Source of the DNA: Candidatus Hermodarchaeota archaeon
GTDB taxonomy: Archaea; Asgardarchaeota; Hermodarchaeia; Hermodarchaeales; Hermodarchaeaceae
Length of the DNA stretch: 54,340 nucleotides
Direction: 5' to 3'
NCBI GenBank assembly: GCA_016839365.1
Contig: JAEOUH010000022.1
Coordinates: 1-54,340, forward strand
A program made the translations under genes and the position numbers. The notes beneath the pieces were generated by a model. That model was not told the DNA's origin and did no database searches. It was given only the letters and a program-made list of their open reading frames with translations. Positions 19,364 to 28,936 of the stretch are shown in pieces. Position 1 is the stretch's first letter. Each line of letters opens with the position of its first letter.

Positions 19364-20191
19364 GTGTCGTTAGACAAAGAACTCCGCGAAATAGGAATTC
19401 GAACCAGCGAAGCAAAACAGCTGGAGGAGGAAGGAAAAATACAGGAGGCCGTGGAGCTTCTGATGCAACTGTCCCAAGAACTCCGAGCACTCGCTGAACG
19501 AGCTAATACTTCCTCCCTTCGAGGGGTTCTCATGCAACGGAGCCTTGAATACGCCAATAACGCCACTCAACTGAAACGTCAATACCTAGCTGAAGAGGCT
19601 TCTGAGACGGCAGCAGACCAAGAGGGAGTAGCAGAGGTTCAAATTCTTCGGGGTCCGCATATTGCTGCACAACTTCTGAAAATGTTGCAATCAGCTCAGT
19701 ATAGAGTCCTCATCGCGACGCACGAGGTGCATGGTGTTGATTTAGTTGATCCTGAAGCTCAAAAACCAGCAATTAATCTGCTGACAATTTTGCAGGAACT
19801 GCATGAGGCTGGAGTGAGAATACGGATTCTGACAACACCACCTGCTCATATTGAAGGAGTGGACCGGTGGAAGCAGGCAGATGCGCTGCGAACTCTAGCA
19901 AATAGCGGAGTGGAATTCAAACTCTGTTCACACCTTCATTTCAATGGCATTCTTGTCGATGACTCAGGGATATGGCGGGGAACCGCAGCCCTTACTGAAA
20001 AAGGCTTAGCTGGATTGGATGATGTAGCTGAATATTCGACCGCCCATTGGCTGAAGGCAGTCTACCTCGATTTATTCCGTGCTCGTTGGGAGCAGAGCGA
20101 TTATTCTTGTTCTCATTGTTATGAGAAAACGTGCCTATCGAAATTCAAAGCCGAAGATCCACGTCGAAGCTATGAGGATAAATCCTCATAA
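19364..20191 (+). CDS. MIT domain + phospholipase D-like domain protein
   Basis: N-terminal three-helix MIT pattern (EAKQLEEEGKIQEAVELL...EYANNATQLK); degenerate HKD motif HFNGILVD followed by WRGTAALT; CxxC...C tail. Confidence 0.7.
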   Translation: MSLDKELREIGIRTSEAKQLEEEGKIQEAVELLMQLSQELRALAERANTSSLRGVLMQRSLEYANNATQLKRQYLAEEASETAADQEGVAEVQILRGPHIAAQLLKMLQSAQYRVLIATHEVHGVDLVDPEAQKPAINLLTILQELHEAGVRIRILTTPPAHIEGVDRWKQADALRTLANSGVEFKLCSHLHFNGILVDDSGIWRGTAALTEKGLAGLDDVAEYSTAHWLKAVYLDLFRARWEQSDYSCSHCYEKTCLSKFKAEDPRRSYEDKSS

Positions 20192-20862
20192 TCAGGAAAA
20201 GGAGACTCGAGAGTCGGTTCACTAGCATCATAGGCAGACACAATCTTCAGATAGCCGCGACGTTGAGCATGCCGTACGATTTCTTCAACCTCTTGTGTAG
20301 GAAGGTCGAGAGCCTCGGCAATGTCAGTGTTTCGATGTTTGCCATCGGATAGTATAATAACGAGTAACGAACTCATACCAAACCGTCGGAGAAGATCTTG
20401 CCGGATTGTTGAATCTTTATGGAGTAGCCGGGGAATCGCAGTGATTCGAACAGGAACAGGTTCTTTCTGTGGAGCGAATCCAACTAGTTTATCAACCTCT
20501 AATTCGAAGTGTCGAAGTAACTCGCGGGCACGGGGGCTGGTTCGGAGCAATGTGCTGAGCAGGATGATCTCATCTTTGAAGATTTTGAAGAAGGAATCAC
20601 GGAGTGATTCAAGTAATTTCTCTGTAGTTGCGTCCTTTTTGACACAGACTAAAAACACAATTCCCTGGTCAACGATGTAACTAAACGAAAGGTCTTCGAA
20701 GGTGATATCCTGCAATTGGCGTCCCATCATCTCACTTTGGAAGTGGACCAGGGATGAGAAGAAGCTGCTAAATAAGGTAGGATCAAATTCGAGAGGAGAG
20801 TATGCCTTATGGTAAAGGGGAATGCCGCTAGTATCAATTACCCATACAGCGTGAACTACCAT
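20170..20862 (-). CDS. Longin-domain protein with C-terminal winged HTH
   Basis: VWVIDTSGIPLY..DPTLFSSFFSSL longin signature; SDGKHRNTDIAEAL..RRGYLKI wHTH. Confidence 0.75.
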   Translation of the reverse strand: MVVHAVWVIDTSGIPLYHKAYSPLEFDPTLFSSFFSSLVHFQSEMMGRQLQDITFEDLSFSYIVDQGIVFLVCVKKDATTEKLLESLRDSFFKIFKDEIILLSTLLRTSPRARELLRHFELEVDKLVGFAPQKEPVPVRITAIPRLLHKDSTIRQDLLRRFGMSSLLVIILSDGKHRNTDIAEALDLPTQEVEEIVRHAQRRGYLKIVSAYDASEPTLESPFPDYEDLSS

Positions 20863-20964
20863 CTAAGGCACCTGGATATCCGAGCTGGTTACTAGAACGG
20901 ATTCATCTCTTTAAGCTTGCCTCGACGTTAAATTCCCCCGAATAAAGATTTTCCTTATGGCATT

Positions 20965-22275
20965 TCACGGGTGAATACGACTAGGCGTGCGCGGGAATAG
21001 ACAGGCTTCACGAATATGCTTTAACTTCAACAACCACACCAAAAATCGCTCCAACCCCATCCCAAAGCCAGAATGAGGTGGAAGCCCAAATTTCCGAAGC
21101 TCAAGATACCAATCATATGCAGATGGATCAAGTTTCTCATCTTTAATCCGCTTAAGCAACAAATCCAAATCATGGATTCGTTGGCCACCACTGGTCAACT
21201 CTCCAAACCCCTCGGGTGCAATCAAATCACTGCTGAGCGTTATCTCAGGGCGGTCAGGATCTGGCATATGATAAAATGAGCGCGCCGATGTGGGATACCC
21301 CGTGATGAAGAAAGGCGCCTTGAACTGTTTTGACACAGCACGTTCTGCCTCTGTGCCTAAATCTTCTCCCCAAGGCACCTTGAATCCTTGTTTTTCCGCT
21401 ATGGTAATCGCTTCATCGTAGGAAACCCGCTTGAAGGGTAATTTGGGTATCCGCACTTTCACCTTCAGAATATCCAGTTGAGGTTGAAAGTGCTCTGTAA
21501 TGTAAGACACTAAAGCGTGAACTAGGCGTTCTTCGACGCCCATAATGTCCTCATGGGTACCAAAGAGAATCTCAGCTTCCAAATGCCAATATTCGGTTAA
21601 ATGCCGTCGGGTTCGATGTTTTTCCGCGCGAAAACTCGGAGAAAGCAGATATACCTTCTCCAATCCACAAATCGCCGCCTCTTCATACAATTGTGCGCTC
21701 TGGCTCAGATAAGCCGTTGTACCAAAATACTTGAACGGAAACAGTGTTGCACCACCTTCAACACTGGCACCCACCATCACTGGTGGAAAGATTTCAGTAA
21801 ACCCTTCGCCATCAAAGAACTGATGCGCCGCACGACTCATCCCCGCCTTAATCTGCATAATCGACGTTTGGCTAGGACTCCGCAAGTACAGATGCCGCTT
21901 ATCATACAGGAAAGCTTCACCTGCATCCTTTTCCAGTGGCCACTCCGGGTCAGCAAGATTCACCACCGTAAACTCCGTCACCTTTAACTCAATACCAGTA
22001 GGCGCGCGCTTATCCACCGCAATCGTCCCTGTCACAACAATTGACGACTCCAGCGTCACTGTCTGCATCGACTCAAAGGCATCCGGCGCCTGTTCACGGT
22101 GCCCTGCAGCCTGGATGACACCTGTTGAATCACGGACAATCACAAAGATCACACCGCCATGCTCACGTTTCCGATGCACCCACCCAGTCAGCGTCACAGA
22201 TGCCCCCTCCATGGAGGTATCCAGCTCCGACACATAATGAGTTTTTCCAAACGTTTTCAGCACTTTATCCGTCAC
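20965..22275 (-). CDS. asnS: Asparaginyl-tRNA synthetase
   Basis: GWVHRKR, YLSQSAQLYEE, FRAEKHRTRRHLTEYWHLE, PHSGFGMGLER; likely GTG start at 22275. Confidence 0.88.
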   Translation of the reverse strand: MTDKVLKTFGKTHYVSELDTSMEGASVTLTGWVHRKREHGGVIFVIVRDSTGVIQAAGHREQAPDAFESMQTVTLESSIVVTGTIAVDKRAPTGIELKVTEFTVVNLADPEWPLEKDAGEAFLYDKRHLYLRSPSQTSIMQIKAGMSRAAHQFFDGEGFTEIFPPVMVGASVEGGATLFPFKYFGTTAYLSQSAQLYEEAAICGLEKVYLLSPSFRAEKHRTRRHLTEYWHLEAEILFGTHEDIMGVEERLVHALVSYITEHFQPQLDILKVKVRIPKLPFKRVSYDEAITIAEKQGFKVPWGEDLGTEAERAVSKQFKAPFFITGYPTSARSFYHMPDPDRPEITLSSDLIAPEGFGELTSGGQRIHDLDLLLKRIKDEKLDPSAYDWYLELRKFGLPPHSGFGMGLERFLVWLLKLKHIREACLFPRTPSRIHP

Positions 22276-22326
22276 ACTAAGTCCCACCAAACGCAGCAAA
22301 CAACAACAGGAGAATAACGGTACTGG

Positions 22327-22872
22327 TTAAGAGGATTTTGCTACACGTCGACGAATATACCCAAGCATCTCTTTCGCAATATACTCAAACGCCGGCGTCA
22401 CGTTCACATCATCCTTCGCGCTGGTTTCAAAATACGCCTTGAACCCATTCGCCTTTGCAAACTGGATCACTTCCTTCTGATCCACCGCCCGATGCAAATC
22501 CGCCTTCATCCCAACCAATACGATCGGGATATTCTCCGTATTATCGCGCACCAAGCTCAACCACTCATCTAACTTTAGAAAAGTGCTAAACCGATTCAAA
22601 TCAAAACACAACATCGCCCCACGCGCCCCAAAACAAAACTTCGGTAACAAAAACCGAAACCGCTTCTCCCCACCAAAATCCCAGATTTGGGCCTTGATTG
22701 GTGTGGGTCCGTGGCCATCGTTAATAACAATACGCTTGGCTGCGAAGGCAGTTCCGACAGTTAAAATGGAATCATGGTAGACGCCTTCGACGTAACGTCG
22801 TATCATGGTTGTTTTGCCGACGCCGCCTTCGCCGGCGACGACGAGTTTGAGCATGATGCCTTCGTCTTCCAC
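22327..22872 (-). CDS. Rab-like small GTPase
   Basis: G1 GEGGVGKT, G3 WDFGG, G4 MKAD, G5 ETSAK; RabF-like VGTAF, KAQIW, RFRFL, LCFDL. Confidence 0.9.
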   Translation of the reverse strand: MEDEGIMLKLVVAGEGGVGKTTMIRRYVEGVYHDSILTVGTAFAAKRIVINDGHGPTPIKAQIWDFGGEKRFRFLLPKFCFGARGAMLCFDLNRFSTFLKLDEWLSLVRDNTENIPIVLVGMKADLHRAVDQKEVIQFAKANGFKAYFETSAKDDVNVTPAFEYIAKEMLGYIRRRVAKSS

Positions 22873-22942
22873 GGTGTGCGCTTCCGCTTGGTCCGTTTGT
22901 TCACGTGTCAGTTAACGGTGAGGATAAAAAAACTGTTCGGTG

Positions 22943-22964
22943 GTAACCCGTTTGGGTCGGTTTT
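22943..22964. promoter_or_regulatory. Shared motif GTAACCCGTT-N4-TCGGTTTT (copy 1)
   Basis: Near-identical to 42927..42949; lies in the divergent Rab/ferredoxin intergenic region. Confidence 0.4.
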
Positions 22965-23028
22965 ATCGAGGTTGATTCACAAGTTTTTTGGCTGTGTTTC
23001 TGCCTGTTTTAAGCTAGTTGGTGGTGTG

Positions 23029-23565
23029 ATGGTGTTGCATATAGCTGTGGTGCCAGCACGGTGTACAGGGTGCCGAGTGTGTGAGCTGGTATGCAGTGAC
23101 GCCCATGAGGGCCGATTTCAGCCGAGTAAGGCGCGAATTCAAGTAGTGTCCTTTGATGAAACGGTGCAGGATGTGCCAATTGTGTGTCAGCAGTGTGCAG
23201 AGGCGCCGTGTATGGAGGCGTGTCCCCAGGATGCGATTTCACGGCACCCGGAAACCACGGCAGTGGTGGTGGACCGTGAGCTGTGCATACAGTGTGGGGC
23301 TTGTGTCCGTGCCTGTGTGATTGGTGGCGAGGCGATTAATCCGGAAAACAAGTTGGCGATTCGCCTAGATGATGAGGCGGAGATGCCTTTGAAGTGTGAC
23401 CTATGTGATGGTGAGCCGCAGTGTATCATGTATTGCCCAACGGAGGCGTTGGTGTTGACGGAGACATCATTTGAGGGGGAATTTTCTGTTGATGCGTTGA
23501 TGAAGGCGCTGGATTATTTCTTGAAACAAGCAGAGTTGCCATTGCCAAAACAGGAGGGTGACTAG
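23029..23565 (+). CDS. 4Fe-4S multi-cluster ferredoxin-like protein (AOR-associated)
   Basis: CTGCRVCELVC, CQQCAEAPCMEACP, CIQCGACVRAC, CDLC..CIMYCP; ATG at 23029 after GGTG. Confidence 0.9.
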   Translation: MVLHIAVVPARCTGCRVCELVCSDAHEGRFQPSKARIQVVSFDETVQDVPIVCQQCAEAPCMEACPQDAISRHPETTAVVVDRELCIQCGACVRACVIGGEAINPENKLAIRLDDEAEMPLKCDLCDGEPQCIMYCPTEALVLTETSFEGEFSVDALMKALDYFLKQAELPLPKQEGD

Positions 23566-25459
23566 CGTGTATCAAGGGTATAGTGGTAAGATTCTTCGTA
23601 TTAACTTGAATGATCAGGATGTCACATTGGAGGCAACATCACCGGAGATTGCGCGTCGTTTCATTGGGGGAACAGGTTATGCCAGCTACCTGTTGTACCA
23701 TGAGCTAGCAAAGGGAGTTGAGCCCCTGGGGCCGGAAAACAAGCTGATCTTTTGCACAGGGCCAGTGACGGGAACACCCTGGCCAACTGCGGGTCGGATG
23801 GCAGTTGTGAGTAAATCGCCTTTGACCGGAATTTGGGCTGAAAGTCACGTGGGTGGGCATCTAGGCCCGGAGATTAAATTCGCCGGATATGATTTCATTA
23901 TTATTGAGGGGCAGGCACGGGAGCCGACGGTCCTTTCGATTGTTGACGACAATACCGAGTTTCACTCAGGGTCACCGTATTGGGGGCAGAAAACTCTGAA
24001 AGCCTCCAAAAGGATTCGGCGGGATTTTAAGCAACCCCACGGTCATGTGGCGCTGATCGGACCGGCAGGCGAAAATGGAGTTCGGTTCTCCTCGATTATG
24101 ATTGATGGAGCCCGCGCCGCCGGTAGAACGGGATTAGGCGCAGTTATGGGGAACAAAAAGCTGAAGGGTATACTGGTGCGGGGAACTGGTAATGTGACAG
24201 TTGCAGACCCCCAACAATTCCAAGCCCTATGGCGTGAAGGGCATGACCGAGTGCAAACCAATCCCCAAGCCCTGGAAATGCGTAAGTATGGCACAGCAAT
24301 CCTTGTGGCTACAAAACAGAGTATCGGTGAACTGCCGACCTACAACCACCGCGAGGGAGTGTACGAAGGCTGGGATCGAATTTCCGCGGAAACCTTTCAC
24401 GATCACCACTACCACACAACCCGGGCCTGTGGGACTTGTCGCCTAGCCTGCAAGAAGGCCTTCAAGGTGAAGCATGGCCCGCATAAGGGGCTCATCACTG
24501 AAGGACCTGAGTATGAGGGGATCATGGCGATGGGTAGTAATGTGGGAATCGATGATATTCCGACCATTCTTGTTACCCAGCATCTTTGCAATGAATATGG
24601 AATGGATGTCATTAGTGCAGGAGCGACTGCGGCATTTCTGATGGAATTAGCAGAACATGGGTTACTAACGGAAGATGAACTGGATATCCGATGGGGCAAC
24701 ACGAATGCGTTGATTGAGCTGATGCATCAGATTGCCCAGCGGAAAGGATTGGGTAATTTGGCAGCTGAAGGGAGTCATCGGATTGCGAAACAAAAGGGAG
24801 AATCAGCTGAACCCTATGACATGACAGTCAAGGGTATGGAGATTTCTGGTCAAGATGGCCGGGCCCACCGATCCATGGCATTAGGGCATGCGGTGGCAGC
24901 CCGGGGTGCCGATCATCTCCGCAATCTCGTCACAATGGACCAGCTAGCCTACAAGGATGTGGCAGCGGAACGATTTGGTGCCGATAAGCTCCCTGAAATC
25001 TGCGATCCGTATGTTGAAACCTATAAGGCACTGGCAACGGTTGTGACTGAAAAAGTGTATACCATTCGGGATAGTTTGATTGTGTGCTGGTATACGTGTT
25101 CGTGGCCGCCTATCTTCTGGGTCGAGGATTTCGCACCACTCCTCACTTCGGTGACAGGTGAATCTGCCTTTGATAGCGTTGATGAGTTAATGCACATCGG
25201 TACTCGGTTGGTCACCATGAAACGGGCATTCAACGCGCGCGAAGGGATTCGGCGAAAAGATGACCGGCTGCCTCGTCGATTCACCCATGAACCTTTCCCC
25301 AAAGGTCCTAGTAAAGGTCAGACGGTTAATCTTGAGCCAATGCTCGACGAGTATTATCATCTCTACGGTTGGGACGTCAAAACCGGAATACCAACAGAAG
25401 AAACCCTGCGAAAATTGGGGCTTGAAGAGCTTATTAAGGACCTTCATGTTAAGAGTTAG
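23558..25459 (+). CDS. aor: Tungsten-dependent aldehyde:ferredoxin oxidoreductase family protein
   Basis: KSPLTG, IGPAGEN, AAGRTGLGAVMGNKKLK, CGTCRLAC, GPEYE, DDRLPRRF. Confidence 0.92.
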   Translation: MTSVYQGYSGKILRINLNDQDVTLEATSPEIARRFIGGTGYASYLLYHELAKGVEPLGPENKLIFCTGPVTGTPWPTAGRMAVVSKSPLTGIWAESHVGGHLGPEIKFAGYDFIIIEGQAREPTVLSIVDDNTEFHSGSPYWGQKTLKASKRIRRDFKQPHGHVALIGPAGENGVRFSSIMIDGARAAGRTGLGAVMGNKKLKGILVRGTGNVTVADPQQFQALWREGHDRVQTNPQALEMRKYGTAILVATKQSIGELPTYNHREGVYEGWDRISAETFHDHHYHTTRACGTCRLACKKAFKVKHGPHKGLITEGPEYEGIMAMGSNVGIDDIPTILVTQHLCNEYGMDVISAGATAAFLMELAEHGLLTEDELDIRWGNTNALIELMHQIAQRKGLGNLAAEGSHRIAKQKGESAEPYDMTVKGMEISGQDGRAHRSMALGHAVAARGADHLRNLVTMDQLAYKDVAAERFGADKLPEICDPYVETYKALATVVTEKVYTIRDSLIVCWYTCSWPPIFWVEDFAPLLTSVTGESAFDSVDELMHIGTRLVTMKRAFNAREGIRRKDDRLPRRFTHEPFPKGPSKGQTVNLEPMLDEYYHLYGWDVKTGIPTEETLRKLGLEELIKDLHVKS

Positions 25460-26660
25460 ACATTAATCGTGTTCTCAGTTCTGACACGAAAAGTTTGTAG
25501 ATAAGGCGAAGAGGGTTCCGTTTCATGCGATAGTAATCAGTTTTTCCTCGGGCAAGATCGAAGAGCAGTGCACCTGGCCAGCGCATAAACCGAGCCATTC
25601 GAAAACCACCATACTGGTGCGAGTGGACAAGTTTCGCGATGGTCCAGCTGAAGCGGAGTTCTTTGCCAAACCGTTGGGCAATTCTCGTTTGATAATCGAG
25701 GGTGGCTTCGGAGAGCGGTCTGTTGTATTTGATGATTTCAATCACTGCACGAGCACAGATTTGCCCCCCTTCAAGAGCATAACAGATTCCTTGCCCGCTG
25801 AAGGTATCAATGAATCCAGCTGCATCACCAACCAACAGAACCCGATTAGATGACAGAGGGAGGGGGGTTCTGAATACTGGAAGCTGATGTCCGCGAATAT
25901 TTTGTAATCTGAGAGTAGGCATCTCAAATTGTTCGCAAAACATCCGTACTAACCCTCGAAGTAAATTAGGAAGATTGCCTAGTTCACCAGCCATTCCGCC
26001 AACGCCGAACGAAAGACTTTGTTTTCGTGGAAACATCCAGAAATATCCGTAGGGGATATTGAGAAGCCACAATACAATGTTGGAGGGGTCGGGGCCTTGA
26101 TTCCACAGGGTTTCATGAATGGGCGTATCAACTTCGATGGCGACTCCAATTTCTCTTGCTGGCATCGTTTTTCGGACACCAATACTACGCCCAACGATTG
26201 ATGTAGCCCCATCCGCCCCAATGACCAGGCGTCCTATAAACTGGCCTTTCTTTGTCTGGCACCTTACATGGTGTTGAGACTGTTCGAGGCCAATCAAAGC
26301 GCATTCATGTTCGAATTGGGCTCCCGCAAGGACTGCCTGTTTTGCTAGGTAATCATCAAATTTACTACGCTTGACAGTATACGCTAGGAGATGCTTCGAA
26401 CGATACTCGAAGGGTTTCAGCTCAGGTCCCATGAATTGCAGCCCATGGATTTTCTGTTCAATGACGGCTTCAGGAACCTTTAAGCCGACCAGTTGGAGAG
26501 CCTTCAGTGAGCGAACAGAAACGGCCCCGCCACAGGGTTTGTCACGTGGAAACCGGGCTTTATCGACTAACAGGGTTTGGAGACCTGCTTTCGCGCAACT
26601 GTAAGCCGTCATAGAGCCCGCAGGTCCTGCACCAATGATTATTACATCGTAATGCTTCAC
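25449..26660 (-). CDS. Geranylgeranyl reductase family flavoprotein
   Basis: GAGPAG, FPRDKPCGG, GADG, GYFWMFP, VGDAAG..GQGI. Confidence 0.88.
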   Translation of the reverse strand: MKHYDVIIIGAGPAGSMTAYSCAKAGLQTLLVDKARFPRDKPCGGAVSVRSLKALQLVGLKVPEAVIEQKIHGLQFMGPELKPFEYRSKHLLAYTVKRSKFDDYLAKQAVLAGAQFEHECALIGLEQSQHHVRCQTKKGQFIGRLVIGADGATSIVGRSIGVRKTMPAREIGVAIEVDTPIHETLWNQGPDPSNIVLWLLNIPYGYFWMFPRKQSLSFGVGGMAGELGNLPNLLRGLVRMFCEQFEMPTLRLQNIRGHQLPVFRTPLPLSSNRVLLVGDAAGFIDTFSGQGICYALEGGQICARAVIEIIKYNRPLSEATLDYQTRIAQRFGKELRFSWTIAKLVHSHQYGGFRMARFMRWPGALLFDLARGKTDYYRMKRNPLRLIYKLFVSELRTRLMSNS

Positions 26661-26756
26661 GAAGAGCTCCCCGATGGTTGATTCTACCTGAGGTAATCGA
26701 AGCTCAACTGCATTGTCATCATATAGATTACCAGGGACTAAGGTTAAACTTTCCCA

Positions 26757-28775
26757 CTATTTCTTCACTGGTGGAAGGACATTAGCATAGCCATTCATGA
26801 CTTCGAGACCATTTTGGTTGGTCACTGTAAAACTGAGACGAAGGAGGTTCTTTTCAGGGACTTTTTCCGTCGCTTCAACTATAGCTGTGATTTCATCACC
26901 AGGAAAGACTGGTGCGGTGAAATTTACTTTCATATTGAAGGCAAGGGTGCCCAAACCCGGTAATTGCATGCCAATTATCCGGGCAACCAAAGCGCCTCCA
27001 ACGGGACCGTGCGCGATACGACGACCGAAAATCGTTGTCGCTGCGTACTCATCATCCATGTGCAACGGATTATAATCACCGGACATTTTCGCGTACCATT
27101 CAATGTGCTCATCAGTGACTTTCATTGACCCTTCAGCTTTGTCGCCAATCCGGATTTCTTCCAGGCTCTTCCCTATTGCGAACTTTTGTTCAGGTTCTTT
27201 CACAGGTTGGGAGGCAATTGGGGTGCCTTCGAGTATTTGGGGAGTAAAACGAAACATCCGAGCAAATTTCAGCAGCAGGTCCATATCGTCCGTGTCGATG
27301 CTGACCTGTTTCACCATCAATGCTTGCATGGCATCAAGCTGTCCAAGGAGAATGTTTCGCCACGTCGCAGAATCGGTCTTAACCGTCATGGTTGGCTTTG
27401 AAATTTCCTTCTTTTCAATTCGACATTGTTGATTCTCAATGGATAGTAACCACGGATCCTCATCTGCGAAAAGGAATTGAATTTTTGCTGAGACCCCCAT
27501 GGCCCGATCAGTACGAAAGCCGTTGGGTATCGCCATCATGAGTGTATTGAAATCAATCCTTTCAAGTTTTGAGATGACTGATTTTGAAATGTCTCCACGC
27601 TTTTGTTCGATATAGACTTCGCGTTGAATGAGAAACCGCATGATTTCCGACGTGCCCCCTCCGATAGTACCCAAGCGGGCATCGCGATAGTACTGCTCCA
27701 GGGGATAGTAATCTTTGACGTACCCGGCACCTCCACAGATTTGAATTGCTAAATCGCAGACTTGAACTGCAGCTTCAGTTGCATGAAGTTTTGCCATTGT
27801 GGCTTCCTTCGTGCAGGGAAGTCCTTTATCCACCATTCGGCCTGCAGAGATTGTCAAAAGTCGTGCTGTCCGCATCTGTAAGGCCATATCTGCGACCTTA
27901 AATGAAACGCCTTCAAAACGTGAAATCGGTTGATCAAATTGAATGCGTTGTTGTGAATACTCGACCGCGATTTCGAAGGGTTTTCGCATACAGCCAAGGG
28001 CCTCTGCGGCGATACCGACTCGCTCTGAATCTAATTCGTCCATGAGAATGAGAAACCCTTGGTTAAGTTTCCCTAGGAGGTTGTCTTTGGGAATCTTTAT
28101 GTTGTCAAATTTGATGTGCGAAACATATACTCCATTTCGGCCCATGAGGGAGAAGTCTCGTTCAACGGAGAATCCTTTCCAACCGGTTTCGACGATGAAG
28201 GCGGACATCCCACTTTTACTGTCTACTGTTGGATCAGTTATGGCAAAGACGACTATCTGATCGGCGATACTTCCATTGGAAATATAGCGTTTTTCTCCAT
28301 TCAGAATCCAGCATTGATCTTTTTCACTCCACTTGGCATTGGTTTCCATGCCTGCCGTATCGCTACCTACCGCGGGCTCGGTTATTGCCAGAGCCCCGAT
28401 TTTCTCCCCTTTCGCTAGTGAAACGAGATACTTCCGTTTCTGCTCCTCCGAACCAAAGCGGAGGATCGGAATCGCACTAAGAGTGCAACTGGCACCAAAC
28501 ATCATCGTAGCTGATGGGGACACGGCAGACAGCTCTTCACCAGCAATCAATTGGTACATGAACGGTTTGTTGGATCCGCCATATTTCTCAGGAATCAATA
28601 GCCCAGCTAACCCAGCCTCTGCAAGAAGTTTGAAGAACTTTCTATAATCGTATTTTCGTTCCTCAATTTGCTCACGGATGGGTAGAATCTTGTGTTCGAT
28701 AAAATCCCGAATTTGTTGACGAAATGCCAACTCATCAGTGGTATAGAGTAAGTGATCATCATTAATGACCGTCAT
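26757..28775 (-). CDS. Acyl-CoA dehydrogenase - SCP2 - MaoC (R)-enoyl-CoA hydratase fusion
   Basis: ACAD motifs ALAITEP..GSD, YYRDAR..IGGGTSEIMR; SCP2-like region about aa 405-515; MaoC SGDYNPLH..RIAHG. Confidence 0.85.
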   Translation of the reverse strand: MTVINDDHLLYTTDELAFRQQIRDFIEHKILPIREQIEERKYDYRKFFKLLAEAGLAGLLIPEKYGGSNKPFMYQLIAGEELSAVSPSATMMFGASCTLSAIPILRFGSEEQKRKYLVSLAKGEKIGALAITEPAVGSDTAGMETNAKWSEKDQCWILNGEKRYISNGSIADQIVVFAITDPTVDSKSGMSAFIVETGWKGFSVERDFSLMGRNGVYVSHIKFDNIKIPKDNLLGKLNQGFLILMDELDSERVGIAAEALGCMRKPFEIAVEYSQQRIQFDQPISRFEGVSFKVADMALQMRTARLLTISAGRMVDKGLPCTKEATMAKLHATEAAVQVCDLAIQICGGAGYVKDYYPLEQYYRDARLGTIGGGTSEIMRFLIQREVYIEQKRGDISKSVISKLERIDFNTLMMAIPNGFRTDRAMGVSAKIQFLFADEDPWLLSIENQQCRIEKKEISKPTMTVKTDSATWRNILLGQLDAMQALMVKQVSIDTDDMDLLLKFARMFRFTPQILEGTPIASQPVKEPEQKFAIGKSLEEIRIGDKAEGSMKVTDEHIEWYAKMSGDYNPLHMDDEYAATTIFGRRIAHGPVGGALVARIIGMQLPGLGTLAFNMKVNFTAPVFPGDEITAIVEATEKVPEKNLLRLSFTVTNQNGLEVMNGYANVLPPVKK

Positions 28776-28936
28776 TGAAATGGCTCCCTAATTTTCATCC
28801 AGCCTGATAGTATTGAGACTTTTAGGATTAATCTTGTTCGACTATTCGTAGTTGGAGTGAATTGAATAAGAATAAGTATTACAAACAGTTGCATTGACAC
28901 CTGAATCTGCAAGTAAACATGTGTAGGCGTTGAAGG

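Noticed and set aside
20965-22275. Aspartyl-tRNA synthetase assignment
   Set aside because: SQSAQLYEE and RHLTEYWHLEAE fit AsnRS better than AspRS (QSPQLYKQ).
22880-23020. Canonical ORB/cdc6 replication origin at the skew flips
   Set aside because: No ORB consensus with G-string and no orc1/cdc6 gene seen; the origin idea remains inference only.
22774-23028. 85-aa N-terminal extension of the ferredoxin ORF
   Set aside because: Overlaps the Rab gene and the divergent promoter; ATG at 23029 has an RBS and matches the family start.
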